Assembly (NCBI GenBank): GCA_048213135.1
Contig: PS015009.1
Coordinates: forward strand, 2,108,001 to 2,172,000
DNA from: Reclinomonas americana ATCC 50394
Lineage: Eukaryota
Reading direction: 5' to 3'
DNA length: 64,000 nt
The translations under genes and the position numbers were made by a program. The notes under the pieces are model-generated. The model ran no database searches, was not told the origin of the DNA, and saw only the letters and a list, made by a program, of their open reading frames with translations. Below, piece by piece: positions 8,725 through 18,585 of this stretch (the stretch's first letter is position 1; each line of letters begins with the position of its first letter).

Positions 8725-10740
8725 ATGACACCAACTAAAACCGTAACGTTTTCCTCCTCCATTTCTGCCAATACCCAACTTACCAAAGGTGTATGTACCC
8801 TGTATATGATGCGTGAAGGGCAGCCTGTTAACTATGGCTCGCTTGAGGTAACCGGCAGTGATTTTCATATGGGTTTTCCATCCGATGGCAGTACCCGGTT
8901 CTATTATGCGGTGCTGGACATCAGCAATTACAAGAAAGATGGCGCAGCCCACAGCACGGGCGACCGCAACATACAACTGGTAGCCGTATTCGACAATATG
9001 GCCAATAAAGTGATGCTGAGCCCCGGATCTACCATTGCTTCCGCCTACGCGTTTGCCCGTATGACCACCATTACCGATTATGGTAAGCAAATCGACATAG
9101 CAGGAGATGAATTGAAACTGAAGATCGGCCACGGCATGAAGAATAATTTCTACCGGTCAGCAGGCGGAATCTCGGATGTATTGTCTTCTTCACCCAACGG
9201 GCTGGAAACGAACAGTTATCCCATGTTCAACTCGCTTTGTAATGTCTTTTATTATGGCCTTACTGAAAGCCAGGTGTATACCGATTTCCTGAAATACGCG
9301 GCAGGCACAAAACCCTGTCACTCCTTTTTCCAGGCGCTGGGCTATCTGGCCTGCGATCCTTTCTCACACGCGAAGGATATCTACGAACTTACCAGTACAA
9401 AAAAACAGGTGTATGAACCCTCGCTGGTCAGTATTTCCCTGCCCGGCGATTTTCAGCGCATACCTTATCACTGGTCTTTATCTATAAAAGCCAACAGGTC
9501 GGGAGCGGAAAATTTCCTGATCGCAGGAACGGCATTTGTCGTGTTTGATAAAGAAGGGAAGGCGTGGATCGCTAATAACTTTCGTGCAGGCACGCCCAAT
9601 TCAGGCACACATTGTATTGTACTGAATGCCGATGGCTCCCCGGCTGATATTTCACCAATTACCGGCGGTGGCATCCTTGGCCCCGGGTTTGGTATTGCCA
9701 TCAGTCCGGATAAAGAGAACATCGCCATCGGCAACTTCGGATGGGGCCCTGTTGAGTACAACCCGCAGCACGGAAGCGTATCCATGTTCACCTATGATGG
9801 AAAAGTAACCAGTCCGCCCAATGGTTTTATTGAAGGCAACTTCGCCAGGGTGCAGGGCATGTGTTACGACAGATTCGGCAACCTGTGGATGTGTTGTATT
9901 GGCACGCAAAAGCCGCTGGCCCCGGCCCCGGATCCTTCGTACAACTTTGAAAGTGTAAACAGCGCCGTAGTGGTATACATTGGCGGCGATCCCAAAAACG
10001 CGGTCACATTCACCGACTTTATAAATGGCCCCAGTGATGAGCATGGCCCTTTTGGTGTTGATGTAAATGAGTCGGGGCAAGCCTTCGTTTCCACCATGGG
10101 TACAAAAGACACCGACTATTATTCAGCCGTATACCTGCTGGAATTGGATGTGGTTAAGAAAAAGATCACCTGTCCTAAATATTGGGTCAGTAATTATACG
10201 AACAGCTTCGAGGATTTCAGGCAGGTGCAGATCAATTCACGCGGCGAGGTGTATGTAGGCGGAATCACCAGCAGCCGTGTTATTAAATTCACCAGCAATC
10301 TCGGTTACATGGGAGAACTGACAAACGATATACATGCTCCCTGGGGTGTAGTGTTTGACGCAGATGATAAAATGTTCGTCGCCAACTTTGGTCATGAAAA
10401 GAACAGGGGCAGTAACCCTGATTCACTCGATGCTGATGGCCATTTCGGTGTTACCATCATCACCAATGATAATGATGCCGATGCCCGGTTCCTTAACCTG
10501 CCATCGGGCGGAAATGAAGTGATGCTGGCCAATGGCATGCCGTTGTATGGCAGGCAGGATGCATCCGGCAATCATTACAAATGCTACCAGCCACTCATGC
10601 GGCTGACGTCTACGAATATTGATGCTGCGGGTAACCTGTGGTGTATGAATAACTGGAAACCTTCCGCGCTGGTAGATGTGGAACTGAACCCCGGAGGCGA
10701 TGGCGTGGTCATATTTGTTGGTGTGGCGCAGCCGTTTTAA
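8725..10740 (+). CDS. NHL-repeat / beta-propeller-like hypothetical protein
   Basis: Repeated blades FDKEGKAWIAN, YDRFGNLWM, PWGVVFDADDKMFVAN, IDAAGNLWCMNNW; no obvious signal peptide. Confidence 0.6.
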   Translation: MTPTKTVTFSSSISANTQLTKGVCTLYMMREGQPVNYGSLEVTGSDFHMGFPSDGSTRFYYAVLDISNYKKDGAAHSTGDRNIQLVAVFDNMANKVMLSPGSTIASAYAFARMTTITDYGKQIDIAGDELKLKIGHGMKNNFYRSAGGISDVLSSSPNGLETNSYPMFNSLCNVFYYGLTESQVYTDFLKYAAGTKPCHSFFQALGYLACDPFSHAKDIYELTSTKKQVYEPSLVSISLPGDFQRIPYHWSLSIKANRSGAENFLIAGTAFVVFDKEGKAWIANNFRAGTPNSGTHCIVLNADGSPADISPITGGGILGPGFGIAISPDKENIAIGNFGWGPVEYNPQHGSVSMFTYDGKVTSPPNGFIEGNFARVQGMCYDRFGNLWMCCIGTQKPLAPAPDPSYNFESVNSAVVVYIGGDPKNAVTFTDFINGPSDEHGPFGVDVNESGQAFVSTMGTKDTDYYSAVYLLELDVVKKKITCPKYWVSNYTNSFEDFRQVQINSRGEVYVGGITSSRVIKFTSNLGYMGELTNDIHAPWGVVFDADDKMFVANFGHEKNRGSNPDSLDADGHFGVTIITNDNDADARFLNLPSGGNEVMLANGMPLYGRQDASGNHYKCYQPLMRLTSTNIDAAGNLWCMNNWKPSALVDVELNPGGDGVVIFVGVAQPF

Positions 10741-10753
10741 TAAAGAGGATGTT

Positions 10754-11213
10754 ATGTTCCGCGGGGTCTCCGGGTTGACAGGTCTCCAGTACCGGTAAAC
10801 GTTCCGCCGGGGTCTCCGGTTGGATAAGTATTTTGTTCAGACGAACCTCCTCCGGGACCCCGGCGATATCGTTTTATTTAATCTTCGTTCACATCCAGTT
10901 TATTGATGTTCCGCCGTGGTCTTCTGGTTGACAGGTCTCCAGTACCGGTAAACGTTCCGCCGTGGTCTCCGGTTGGATAAGTATTTTGTTCAGACGAACC
11001 TCCACCGGGACCCCGGTGATATTGCCTTGTTCAATCTTCCTTCACATCCAGTTCATTGATGTTCCGCCGTGGTCTTCTGGTTGACAGGTCTCCAGTACCG
11101 GTAAACGTTCCGCCGTGGTCTCCGGTTGGATAAGTATTTTGTTCAGACGAACCTCCACCGGGACCCCGGTGATATTGCCTTGTTCAATCTTCCTTCACAT
11201 CCAGTTCATTGAT
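10754..11213. repeat. Tandem array of three 152-153 bp units containing a GC-rich hairpin element and a copy of the DUF2236 gene's last 10 codons
   Basis: Units start at 10754, 10906, 11059; units 2 and 3 essentially identical, unit 1 diverged. Confidence 0.95.
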
Positions 11214-11948
11214 CTGGTCCTTATAATCAGAGGGGAGGAGTATATTCTTAAACAACCAGTCCATCTTCATTACCCGGCTTACTTTATACAACGGCACCAT
11301 CGGTGTAAGAAAGGAAAAATCGTTGAAATGCAGCAGTTCCTTCACTCTTTCGGGTACCACCAGTTTTTGCGCCTCCAGCAATACTTTAAACCGCATAGCG
11401 CCCAGGTGTTTTTTGTATTGCTTAAAAAGATCGGACGTGTATTCACTTTTTTGCAGGTTCTCCATTAAGTGACTCTTTCTTACTGGCAGCCATGCGATGT
11501 AGGTAAGGGGTAACTCCTTCAATCCCATCCTGTCGCCCAGCCGGTAAAAAACGTTGTAAACATCTTCCTTTTCATCATCACTTAATTTTTTCTCCAGCAG
11601 TTCGTAAGCGGCAATGGAATAATGTATGAGCATGAACAACACATCGCGGTAAGCCCAGTCGGGGATGGAGGAGCCGCGGTTCTTTTCTACGGCAGCATGG
11701 ATATGCCGCAGGGTATCAATGGCGGCAACGGCTTCCGCTTCAGCAGAAAAAACGATCTTTCGTGCATACTGAACGGTAGAGAATAACCGGCCAATAGGAT
11801 CCGCGGGCAGTTTACCGGTAAAGTAAAGCCAGTCCACAGCTTTGTTAAGCGCAAACTCTGCCGAGGCACCGGCAAAAATGAAAAGTACCGTATCACTCTT
11901 GCCCCATATTTTCCTGACAACCGAAGTCTTTTCAACGAAGAACTGCAT
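11184..11948 (-). CDS. DUF2236 / oxygenase MpaB-family protein
   Basis: DPIGRLFSTVQYA, IHAAVEKNRG, YRLGDRMGL motifs. Confidence 0.8.
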   Translation of the reverse strand: MQFFVEKTSVVRKIWGKSDTVLFIFAGASAEFALNKAVDWLYFTGKLPADPIGRLFSTVQYARKIVFSAEAEAVAAIDTLRHIHAAVEKNRGSSIPDWAYRDVLFMLIHYSIAAYELLEKKLSDDEKEDVYNVFYRLGDRMGLKELPLTYIAWLPVRKSHLMENLQKSEYTSDLFKQYKKHLGAMRFKVLLEAQKLVVPERVKELLHFNDFSFLTPMVPLYKVSRVMKMDWLFKNILLPSDYKDQINELDVKED

Positions 11949-12037
11949 AAGGAGAAATTACCTTGTGCTAAGTTAGGCAACAAATAAATTTCCGCAAAAC
12001 GATGGAGGATTGGTGGTATGCCAGTTTGAAGGGTTCA

Positions 12038-12100
12038 GTCATCCCGACGAAGGAGGGATCTCATTTGAATGCCTATAGATGCTTTGTTCCTCAGCATGAC
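12038..12100. repeat. GTCAT...ATGAC palindromic intergenic repeat (copy 1)
   Basis: gtcatcccgacgaaggagggatct...agatgctttgttcctcagcatgac; related copies at 30413-30487 and 44129-44193. Confidence 0.7.
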
Positions 12101-12119
12101 AATACAGTACAGAAACAGG

Positions 12120-13046
12120 TTACCCAAACGAATGCCTGAACTCCAGCGGCGATACACTCGTTTTGGTCTTGAATAGTTTACTGAATGATTGCGGGTGTTC
12201 AAAACCCAGTTCATAAGCAATCTCGCTGACCGACATATCTGTTGTCGATAATTTTTCCTTCGCCCTTTCAATCAATTTATCGTGAATATGCTGTTGGGTA
12301 CTTTGTCCTGTAATGGTTTTAAGCAGGCCGCTCAGGTAATTGGGCGACACATTTAATGCTTTGGCAACATACTGAACGGTGGGTAATCCTTTTTGCTGCA
12401 GGTCGTTGCTGCGCAGGTAGTCCGACAATACATTTTCCAGCCGCTCCAGTATTTTGTGATGCGCCACTTTTCTTGTTATGAACTGCCGCTGGTAAAACCT
12501 GTTGGCATAGGTCAGCAACAGTTCCAGTTGAGCCAGTATCACATCCTGGCTGAACTGGTCTATGTTTGAATGGTACTCCTGCGCAATATTTTCCATGATA
12601 CTCTTCATTGTCGTCTCTTCCTTGTCCGACAAGTGCAGCGCTTCATGGGCGGAGTAGTCAAAATACTCGTATTGCTTTATGGATTTCGCCAACGGTGTAT
12701 TCCAGAGAAAATCAGGATGAATAAGTAATATCCATCCTGATGGTTTTGATGTTGAATTTTCTTCCACCTCCACACGCAGCGATTGACCCGGCGACATAAA
12801 GAACATAACGCCGCCGTCAAAGTCATAATCCTGCTGACCGTATTTCATCCTCGCATTGGCGGGCAGACCCCGCTTTATGGATATCGAGTAAAAATCAAAT
12901 ACCCAGTTGACCGAATTGTTTTCCGGCGAATGGCGCATCATCCCGTAATCCACCACGCTTATCAGCGGGTGCTCCGGGCGGGGCAATTCTCTCAGCTCAT
13001 GAAATTCATGAATCGTCTTTATCCTGTATGTAGTTGTAGCGGTCAC
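12120..13046 (-). CDS. AraC-family transcriptional regulator
   Basis: C-terminal double HTH LNVSPNYLS...SVSEIAYELGFEHPQSFSKLFK. Confidence 0.95.
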   Translation of the reverse strand: MTATTTYRIKTIHEFHELRELPRPEHPLISVVDYGMMRHSPENNSVNWVFDFYSISIKRGLPANARMKYGQQDYDFDGGVMFFMSPGQSLRVEVEENSTSKPSGWILLIHPDFLWNTPLAKSIKQYEYFDYSAHEALHLSDKEETTMKSIMENIAQEYHSNIDQFSQDVILAQLELLLTYANRFYQRQFITRKVAHHKILERLENVLSDYLRSNDLQQKGLPTVQYVAKALNVSPNYLSGLLKTITGQSTQQHIHDKLIERAKEKLSTTDMSVSEIAYELGFEHPQSFSKLFKTKTSVSPLEFRHSFG

Positions 13047-13061
13047 CGGGTAAAGTTATTA

Positions 13062-13955
13062 CTATTGATGGTATGCGGCGGCAAACTCACGGGCAAAGCC
13101 TGTCATTTTTGTTTTGCCCAAAACCGGTTTGTTGCGGAAATAATCTTCCAGCAGCAGGCCGTTGTGTATGGAAGCGTTCATGTCTGTCAACCCCTTTGCG
13201 GTAGCGGGATTAATACCCGCGGCTGTAAGCCCTGCCAGCATTTGTTCGTCGCTGATCAGTTGCCATTGTAAACCCGGTATGCCAATGGCCTCGCCCAGTA
13301 TACCAGCAATGTCGCTGCAACTGATCTCTTCACTGGCCACGTAACGTATCTTCCTGCCGTTGATGCCGCCTGTTATTTCTTCCGCAACTGCGGTTGCAAT
13401 ATCCAGTGGCGATACCCACGGACAAACATCATTTTCGCCATAGTTGGACGCCATTACGCCCTGCGATTTTATGGAATGGATAAAACTGAACAGGTTGTAA
13501 TAAAAAGCAGTCGGGCGCATCGTGGTAATAGACACATCTGCAGGTAAAGCACTGAGGATATTCTCCACGTTGTGATGCATCACCAGCATACCGTTGCCGC
13601 TGCTCATATTGCCGCCAATACTGCTCAGGTGTACCACGCGTTTCACACCCGAAGCGGCGATCGCCTGCACATAATTACGACCGATGATGTTGTAGTGCTC
13701 TACTATGTCAAAACCCGGACTAAGATAATTGCCCGGCGGTATCATGCAGTACACCACGTCAGCGCCGGTAAAAGCCTGTGTAATGAATGCCGCGTCTTGC
13801 AGTGAACCAATGGCCGCTGTAGCACCTAATGCCTCAATATCTTTTTGTTTGCCGGCGTCGCTGCTGATCACCTTAACCGAATGCCCCTTTTGCACCAGCT
13901 CCTGTGTAAGTGGCTGGCTGATGTGGCCCAGGGAGCCTGTAACTGTAATTTTCAT
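13062..13955 (-). CDS. NmrA-like NAD(P)H-binding SDR protein
   Basis: ITVTGSLGHIS Rossmann motif, VKRVVHLSSIG, RPTAFYYN. Confidence 0.9.
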   Translation of the reverse strand: MKITVTGSLGHISQPLTQELVQKGHSVKVISSDAGKQKDIEALGATAAIGSLQDAAFITQAFTGADVVYCMIPPGNYLSPGFDIVEHYNIIGRNYVQAIAASGVKRVVHLSSIGGNMSSGNGMLVMHHNVENILSALPADVSITTMRPTAFYYNLFSFIHSIKSQGVMASNYGENDVCPWVSPLDIATAVAEEITGGINGRKIRYVASEEISCSDIAGILGEAIGIPGLQWQLISDEQMLAGLTAAGINPATAKGLTDMNASIHNGLLLEDYFRNKPVLGKTKMTGFAREFAAAYHQ

Positions 13956-14323
13956 TTGTGTGTTGTTTTATTACCGCAAAATTGCGGATGCCTGTGACAA
14001 TCCGCGTAGCCAAATCTAACATTGTTGTAGTGTAATGTAAGGGGGAGCTGTTCTACCGTTAAATCACCCGAAATTTGGCCGGGCATAGGAAATCGATTTT
14101 TTTGTATGTATATTAGCTTACCCTGTCCTGTTAAATTCTGCTTTAGCGGCATGTTGTCTTCTGAATGCCGCACAGGAAAAGAATCCACGCTTCTCTGAAA
14201 AGCTGCCAATACAATGAAAGATCAGCGCTGGTTTTAGTGGTATCGTGTAATGCGGCAATCGAAATTCGCCGGTGCGGGAAGTCTGAATATTTATTAAACC
14301 CTTCACATAAAAACTAAACCCCT

Positions 14324-16055
14324 ATGGCAAAGAAATCTGTATCTGGTTACCAGGTAACTGGTACGAATGACGCCGCACTCTTTACTTTGAAAATTCATCG
14401 TGGTGATGGTATGGCATTACTGGGAATGAACTGGAAGAGCGGCAAACCTCCACTCGATTTTGTGGGCTTCTCTATTGAATACAAGGAGCCGAATGGCGCT
14501 AAATTTTTTCCTTTAAGAAACAGGATCAGTTTTCCCGGGGCAAAAAAAGATGACCCCAATGTAAGGTATACCCTGCGAAGCCCGATACAGATGTTCCGCT
14601 GGGTGCATTTCCCGCGAAATGCGGAGCTGGAAGGATTGTTTATCTATAAAGTAAAACCTGTGTTCATGAATGAAGCGGGCGAGCTGAGTTATGGAGAATC
14701 GCAGCAGGCGTCTATTGCCCTGGCAAGGGAGACTTATCCCAAGGCACTCAATGTAACGTTTACCCGGGGCTTTATTTCTTCGCAGGCCTTTGTTAACAGC
14801 TACGAAAAAAAAAGGGCCTGTGTCTGAACTGCTTCCCAAAAATTCCAAAGAAGGGCTTGATTTTATACCCACTCATCCCGAAGCCACGAAGGCGCTGGCA
14901 TGGATGGGCTTCGAAGCGTATAGTGCCATTCTAGAAGTATTGGATGAGGCTATCAAAAATACGAAAGCCAAAGTTTGCATGATCGCTTATGATCTTAACC
15001 AACCTGAGATTGTGAACAGGTTAAAAAAACTGAAGAAGCGCCTGCGCATCATTATCGACAACTCAAAGGATCATGGCGAAGAAGGTTCTGCGGAGAATGA
15101 AGCAGCCGAAATGCTGATGGCTACTGCCGGGGAAGATAATGTGGTTCGCCAGAAGATGGGCAGCCTGCAGCATAATAAAACCATTGTGGTGGATGGCCCC
15201 GGATTGAAAAAGGCGGTTTGCGGATCGACCAACTTATCGTGGCGGGGTATTTTTGTTCAGAATAATAATGCCATCGTTCTCACCGGCAGCAAGCCTGTAG
15301 CCTTGTTTACTGAAGCGTTTGAGAATTTCTGGACGGTGGGCGACAGCAATAAAGTGGCGTTGTTCAGCAAAACAAAATCACCCACCTGGCAACCGCTGGA
15401 ACTGTCTGGTATAGATGCGGAGGTTACCTTTTCCCCGCACAGCGACGACAACTCGGCATTGCAGGCCATTGGTGATGACATTGGCACGGTGGAGTCCAGC
15501 CTCTTGTATTCCATGGCCTTCCTCGCACAAACGGGCGGGCCCATCAGGGATGCATTGACTAAGATCACCAAAAACAAAAAGATATTCGTGTATGGAATTG
15601 CAGATAAACCTGTTGGTGGTATCGATTTAAAAAGTTCCGACGCCAACCCGCAACCTGTTTCACCCGAAGTGATTGCTGAACATATTCCCGAGCCGTTCAG
15701 GAAGGAGCCAACCGGTGGTGGCGGCATACGTATGCACCACAAATTCCTGGTTATGGACTTCAATACCGACAATGCCCGGGTGTATATGGGGTCGTATAAT
15801 TTTTCAGGTGTGGCGGATTCCAAGAACGGGGAAAATCTTTTGGTGATCCGCGACAGGAGGGTAGCCACCTCCTACATGATTGAAGCCGTACGCATATTCG
15901 ATCACTACGAATTCAGGCTGGCACAGGCCAAGGCGGAAACCAAAAAGGATAAGCTGGAACTGAAATTCCCACCCGCCACTAAAAAGGAAAAACCCTGGTG
16001 GGATAAATTTTATACCAATAAAAGATACATCAACGACCGCCAACTGTTCTCCTGA
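14324..16055 (+). pseudogene. Phospholipase D-like (two HKD motifs) protein interrupted by a +1 frameshift at an A9 tract
   Basis: ORFs 14324-14827 and 14790-16055 overlap at A9 (14805-14813); HNKTIVVD...GSTN and HHKFLVMD...GSYN motifs; A8 gives one 576-aa ORF. Confidence 0.8.
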
Positions 16056-16077
16056 CCATCCCACCTTAATACAGTAA

Positions 16078-16116
16078 ACCGGCTGGCACAATGGGGGTAT
16101 TTGTGCCGGCCGGTTC
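16078..16116 (+). terminator. Hairpin downstream of the PLD gene
   Basis: accggctggcacaa...ttgtgccggccggt inverted repeat; weak U tract. Confidence 0.5.
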
Positions 16117-16141
16117 TGTATTCTTCTGTACCGGTTATTTT

Positions 16142-16233
16142 GGGCGTTACCCGCCGGTAGCGGGTCGGGCTGTACGCTGCAAGTCCTCGCTCGCTTGCGC
16201 TCACTCCGGGCTTTCCGCTTCCATCCCTAACGC
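16142..16233. repeat. Structured intergenic element (Bacteroidota-type multicopy repeat or RNA motif)
   Basis: Ends gcgtta/taacgc are complementary; internal hairpin acccgc-cggta-gcgggt; single copy in this window. Confidence 0.45.
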
Positions 16234-16285
16234 AGTTCTCCGCCAACTTTATCGTACAGGAATAATCATACATTCTCTCACTCCC

Positions 16286-16351
16286 GTTCCGCCGGGGCCT
16301 CCGGTTGAATAAGTTATATTGTTCAGACAAACCTCTTCCGGGACCCCGGTG
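16286..16351. repeat. Dispersed copy of the hairpin element found in the 10754-11213 array
   Basis: gttccgccggggcctccggttgaataag...gttcagacaaacctcttccgggaccccggtg matches 10801-10865. Confidence 0.85.
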
Positions 16352-16390
16352 CATATCGTGGAATTTTTTCACCCGGTTCGTTTCCCCGTT

Positions 16391-16444
16391 NNNNNNNNNN
16401 NNNNNNNNNNNNNNNNNNNNNNNNNNNNNNNNNNNNNNNNNNNN
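16391..16444. other. Assembly gap (54 N)
   Basis: Run of N inside the repeat cluster. Confidence 1.
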
Positions 16445-16494
16445 ACACCAACCAGAATCTTATCCAACTTTAGGTTTTCATTACTAAGTGCAGG

Positions 16495-16730
16495 TTTTTT
16501 TAGCAGGCGTAGAGCAGAATTACTAAAGTTGAAGCTACAGTAGTACAAAAGCCAAATCATGGAATGAACCCGGGATGGGGCCGTATTCGATCCCGGGGTC
16601 TTTTTTTGGACAAGCAAAAAAGAATATAGAAAACAAAAACGAGAATGATAAGTCTCCACCAATCCAACTTCACCAAGAATAAGAATAAGCCCCAAACTCA
16701 GATGAACTTCTTCCGTGACCCCGGTGCCTG
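16495..16730. repeat. ~235-bp direct repeat, copy 1
   Basis: Shares tagcaggcgta, cagtagtacaa, cccgggat hairpin, ttttttggacaagcaaaaaag, gaatgataagtct.caccaatccaactt, aaactcaga with 18347-18585. Confidence 0.85.
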
Positions 16731-16738
16731 GTATATAT

Positions 16739-16945
16739 TCAACGATCATCATAATGCCCGCTTACCTCAATCACAATCTTTCCCTCATCCTCCAGTCGTA
16801 CAGTAACGATCTGCCCGCCGCTAAAGCCCCATTCCTTCAGCCATTTACCGCACAGCCGCAGGTCAGGATATTCCATACCTCCCAGGTTCCTTGCATATTG
16901 TTTGTTACAAATGGTCAGCCGCCGCTCTTTCATTGCTGTTTTCAT
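16739..16945 (-). CDS. symE: SymE-family (type I addiction module) toxin-like protein
   Basis: YPDLRLCGKWLKEWGFSGGQIVTVRLEDEGKIVIE matches the SymE signature; start ATG 16945 or 16933. Confidence 0.8.
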   Translation of the reverse strand: MKTAMKERRLTICNKQYARNLGGMEYPDLRLCGKWLKEWGFSGGQIVTVRLEDEGKIVIEVSGHYDDR

Positions 16946-17095
16946 AAGTGTGGGTTTTAGGCAAAGCAAGTATTACATCAGGTGGTATACTATTCACCCG
17001 CAGCATATTTTATTCATGGAGTTGCACATATCCGCAGGCAAATTATCCGTGGAAAGCCGTACTTTCCCTCATCTAAAAAAAGGTACATTTGTTAT

Positions 17096-17512
17096 ATGGC
17101 ACACAGCAATAAAATACATGAAGGCCGCAATGTAAAGCGGTTCCGCGAAATGCTCGGCATCAAGCAAGACACCCTTGCCTTCGAACTCGGCGACGACTGG
17201 ACGCAGAAAAAGATCTCCCTCCTCGAACAAAAGGAAACCATCGAGCCCGATATTCTCTCCCTCGTTTCCGGCGTGCTTAAAATACCGGTGGAGGCGTTTC
17301 AGAATTTTGATGAGGAGCAGGCGGTTAATATTATTTCGAACACTATTAATAATCATGACCAAAGTGCTGTGATTCAGTATAATCCTGTTTTTAACCCTAT
17401 TGAGAAGTGGTTAGAAGCTTTGGAGGAGATTAAGCGGCTAAATGCTGAAGTAATTAAGGAAAAGGAATCTAAAATTAAACTTTTAGAAGAGATCATCAGG
17501 AGTAAAGTTTAG
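17096..17512 (+). CDS. XRE-family HTH transcriptional regulator
   Basis: IHEGRNVKRFREMLGIKQDTLAFELG...QKKISLLEQKE; divergent from symE; start taken at ATG 17096. Confidence 0.9.
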   Translation: MAHSNKIHEGRNVKRFREMLGIKQDTLAFELGDDWTQKKISLLEQKETIEPDILSLVSGVLKIPVEAFQNFDEEQAVNIISNTINNHDQSAVIQYNPVFNPIEKWLEALEEIKRLNAEVIKEKESKIKLLEEIIRSKV

Positions 17513-17552
17513 CGGCTCTAAATAATGCTAAGTGTACCGTATCTGCCATTCC

Positions 17553-18206
17553 TTATCGCCTCGTTTTTACAAACTTTTGCTTTTTTGTTTCCTCTTTAAT
17601 GGCCAGGCTAATGAGGTCAGCCAGTTTATTAAGGGCGGAGTTTATATTATACTCGTAGTTGATATTCTTGCCTTTGCCAAAGCCAATTTCTTTTTCAAAG
17701 TAATATTCATCAAGGTCTTTATCTATTCGGGTGTCTTGCCTAATGATCATCCTGATGCTTTGATGTCGGGAATGATCAACGGTTGATGAATAAATTTTCT
17801 CCTTCCCGTTCTCGGTTACTTTGTATTGGGGTTCTTTTATCGTTTCTTTTTTGATGGTGTCTTCATTGTTGAAATAAAATCTCCAGAAATTGTCGTTGTT
17901 TAATTGAATTGTTGAATAGTCGAAGCAGTTGTCTTTTCTTGTCAGGTAGGTTCTGCCCTTGTCGAGCCAGATAATATAGGTTGGAAGAAAAAGCCCGCCC
18001 TCAAAATTGCATTTGTCTTCGCTCTTGAAATTGTAAATGCAGCCCACGCAATAGCTCTGGTATATACATACGGTGTCTATATTCTTTGTTTTCAGATCCA
18101 GTACAAACCTGTTGGCCAGCGAGTCCACCTCGTTAGTGGCCTGTCCATAAACAAAGCCAGACAAGAAGATGGTTGCGGAAAGAAGTATCAGTTTAAATGA
18201 ATGCAT
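17553..18206 (-). CDS. Secreted hypothetical protein with Cys motifs
   Basis: Signal peptide MHSFKLILLSATIFLSGFVYGQ from ATG 18206; YCVGC and DNCFDY motifs; AT-rich. Confidence 0.65.
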   Translation of the reverse strand: MHSFKLILLSATIFLSGFVYGQATNEVDSLANRFVLDLKTKNIDTVCIYQSYCVGCIYNFKSEDKCNFEGGLFLPTYIIWLDKGRTYLTRKDNCFDYSTIQLNNDNFWRFYFNNEDTIKKETIKEPQYKVTENGKEKIYSSTVDHSRHQSIRMIIRQDTRIDKDLDEYYFEKEIGFGKGKNINYEYNINSALNKLADLISLAIKEETKKQKFVKTRR

Positions 18207-18346
18207 AAATGTAATATCGGTTTTGAGCCAACCTGTCAACACTTTAAAGAAACGAAATTCCTGTGGAATAGTGTGCCGCTGCTTCATACATAGCAGGCAC
18301 AGGTGTTCTGCTCAATTCTCCCGGACTGTGTCCGGCGTGGCCTAAG

Positions 18347-18585
18347 TTTATTTAGCAGGCGTACAATAGAATTCCAAATGCCGACATCACAGTAGTACAA
18401 CCGCTTAATCAGGGAACAAACCCGGGATCGGGCTGTATTCGATCCCGGGGGTCTTTTTTTGGTACTTTTTTGGACAAGCAAAAAAGTACATAGAAAAGAA
18501 CATAAGAATGATAAGTCTTCACCAATCCAACTTTTCCAGGAATAGACCCAAACTCAGACGAATTTCCTCCGGGATCTCGGTGCTA
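18347..18585. repeat. ~235-bp direct repeat, copy 2
   Basis: Colinear match to 16495-16730; contains the perfect hairpins cccgggatcg/cgatcccggg and gtacttttttg/caaaaaagtac. Confidence 0.85.

Noticed and set aside
10754-11213. CRISPR array
   Set aside because: Whole 153-bp units repeat with no unique spacers, and there are no cas genes in the window.
10878-11213. Diversity-generating retroelement TR/VR pair at the DUF2236 3' end
   Set aside because: Only 30 bp are shared, one of the three differences is not at an adenine, and no reverse transcriptase is present.
14801-14820. Programmed -1 ribosomal frameshift at A_AAA_AAG
   Set aside because: The downstream ORF is in the +1 frame, so a -1 shift would not join the two ORFs.
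16305-16752. ORFs spanning the N gap, and ORFs 18284-18481 and 21346-21581
   Set aside because: They are translations of the repeat elements or of Ns. Their mutual similarity reflects the DNA repeat.
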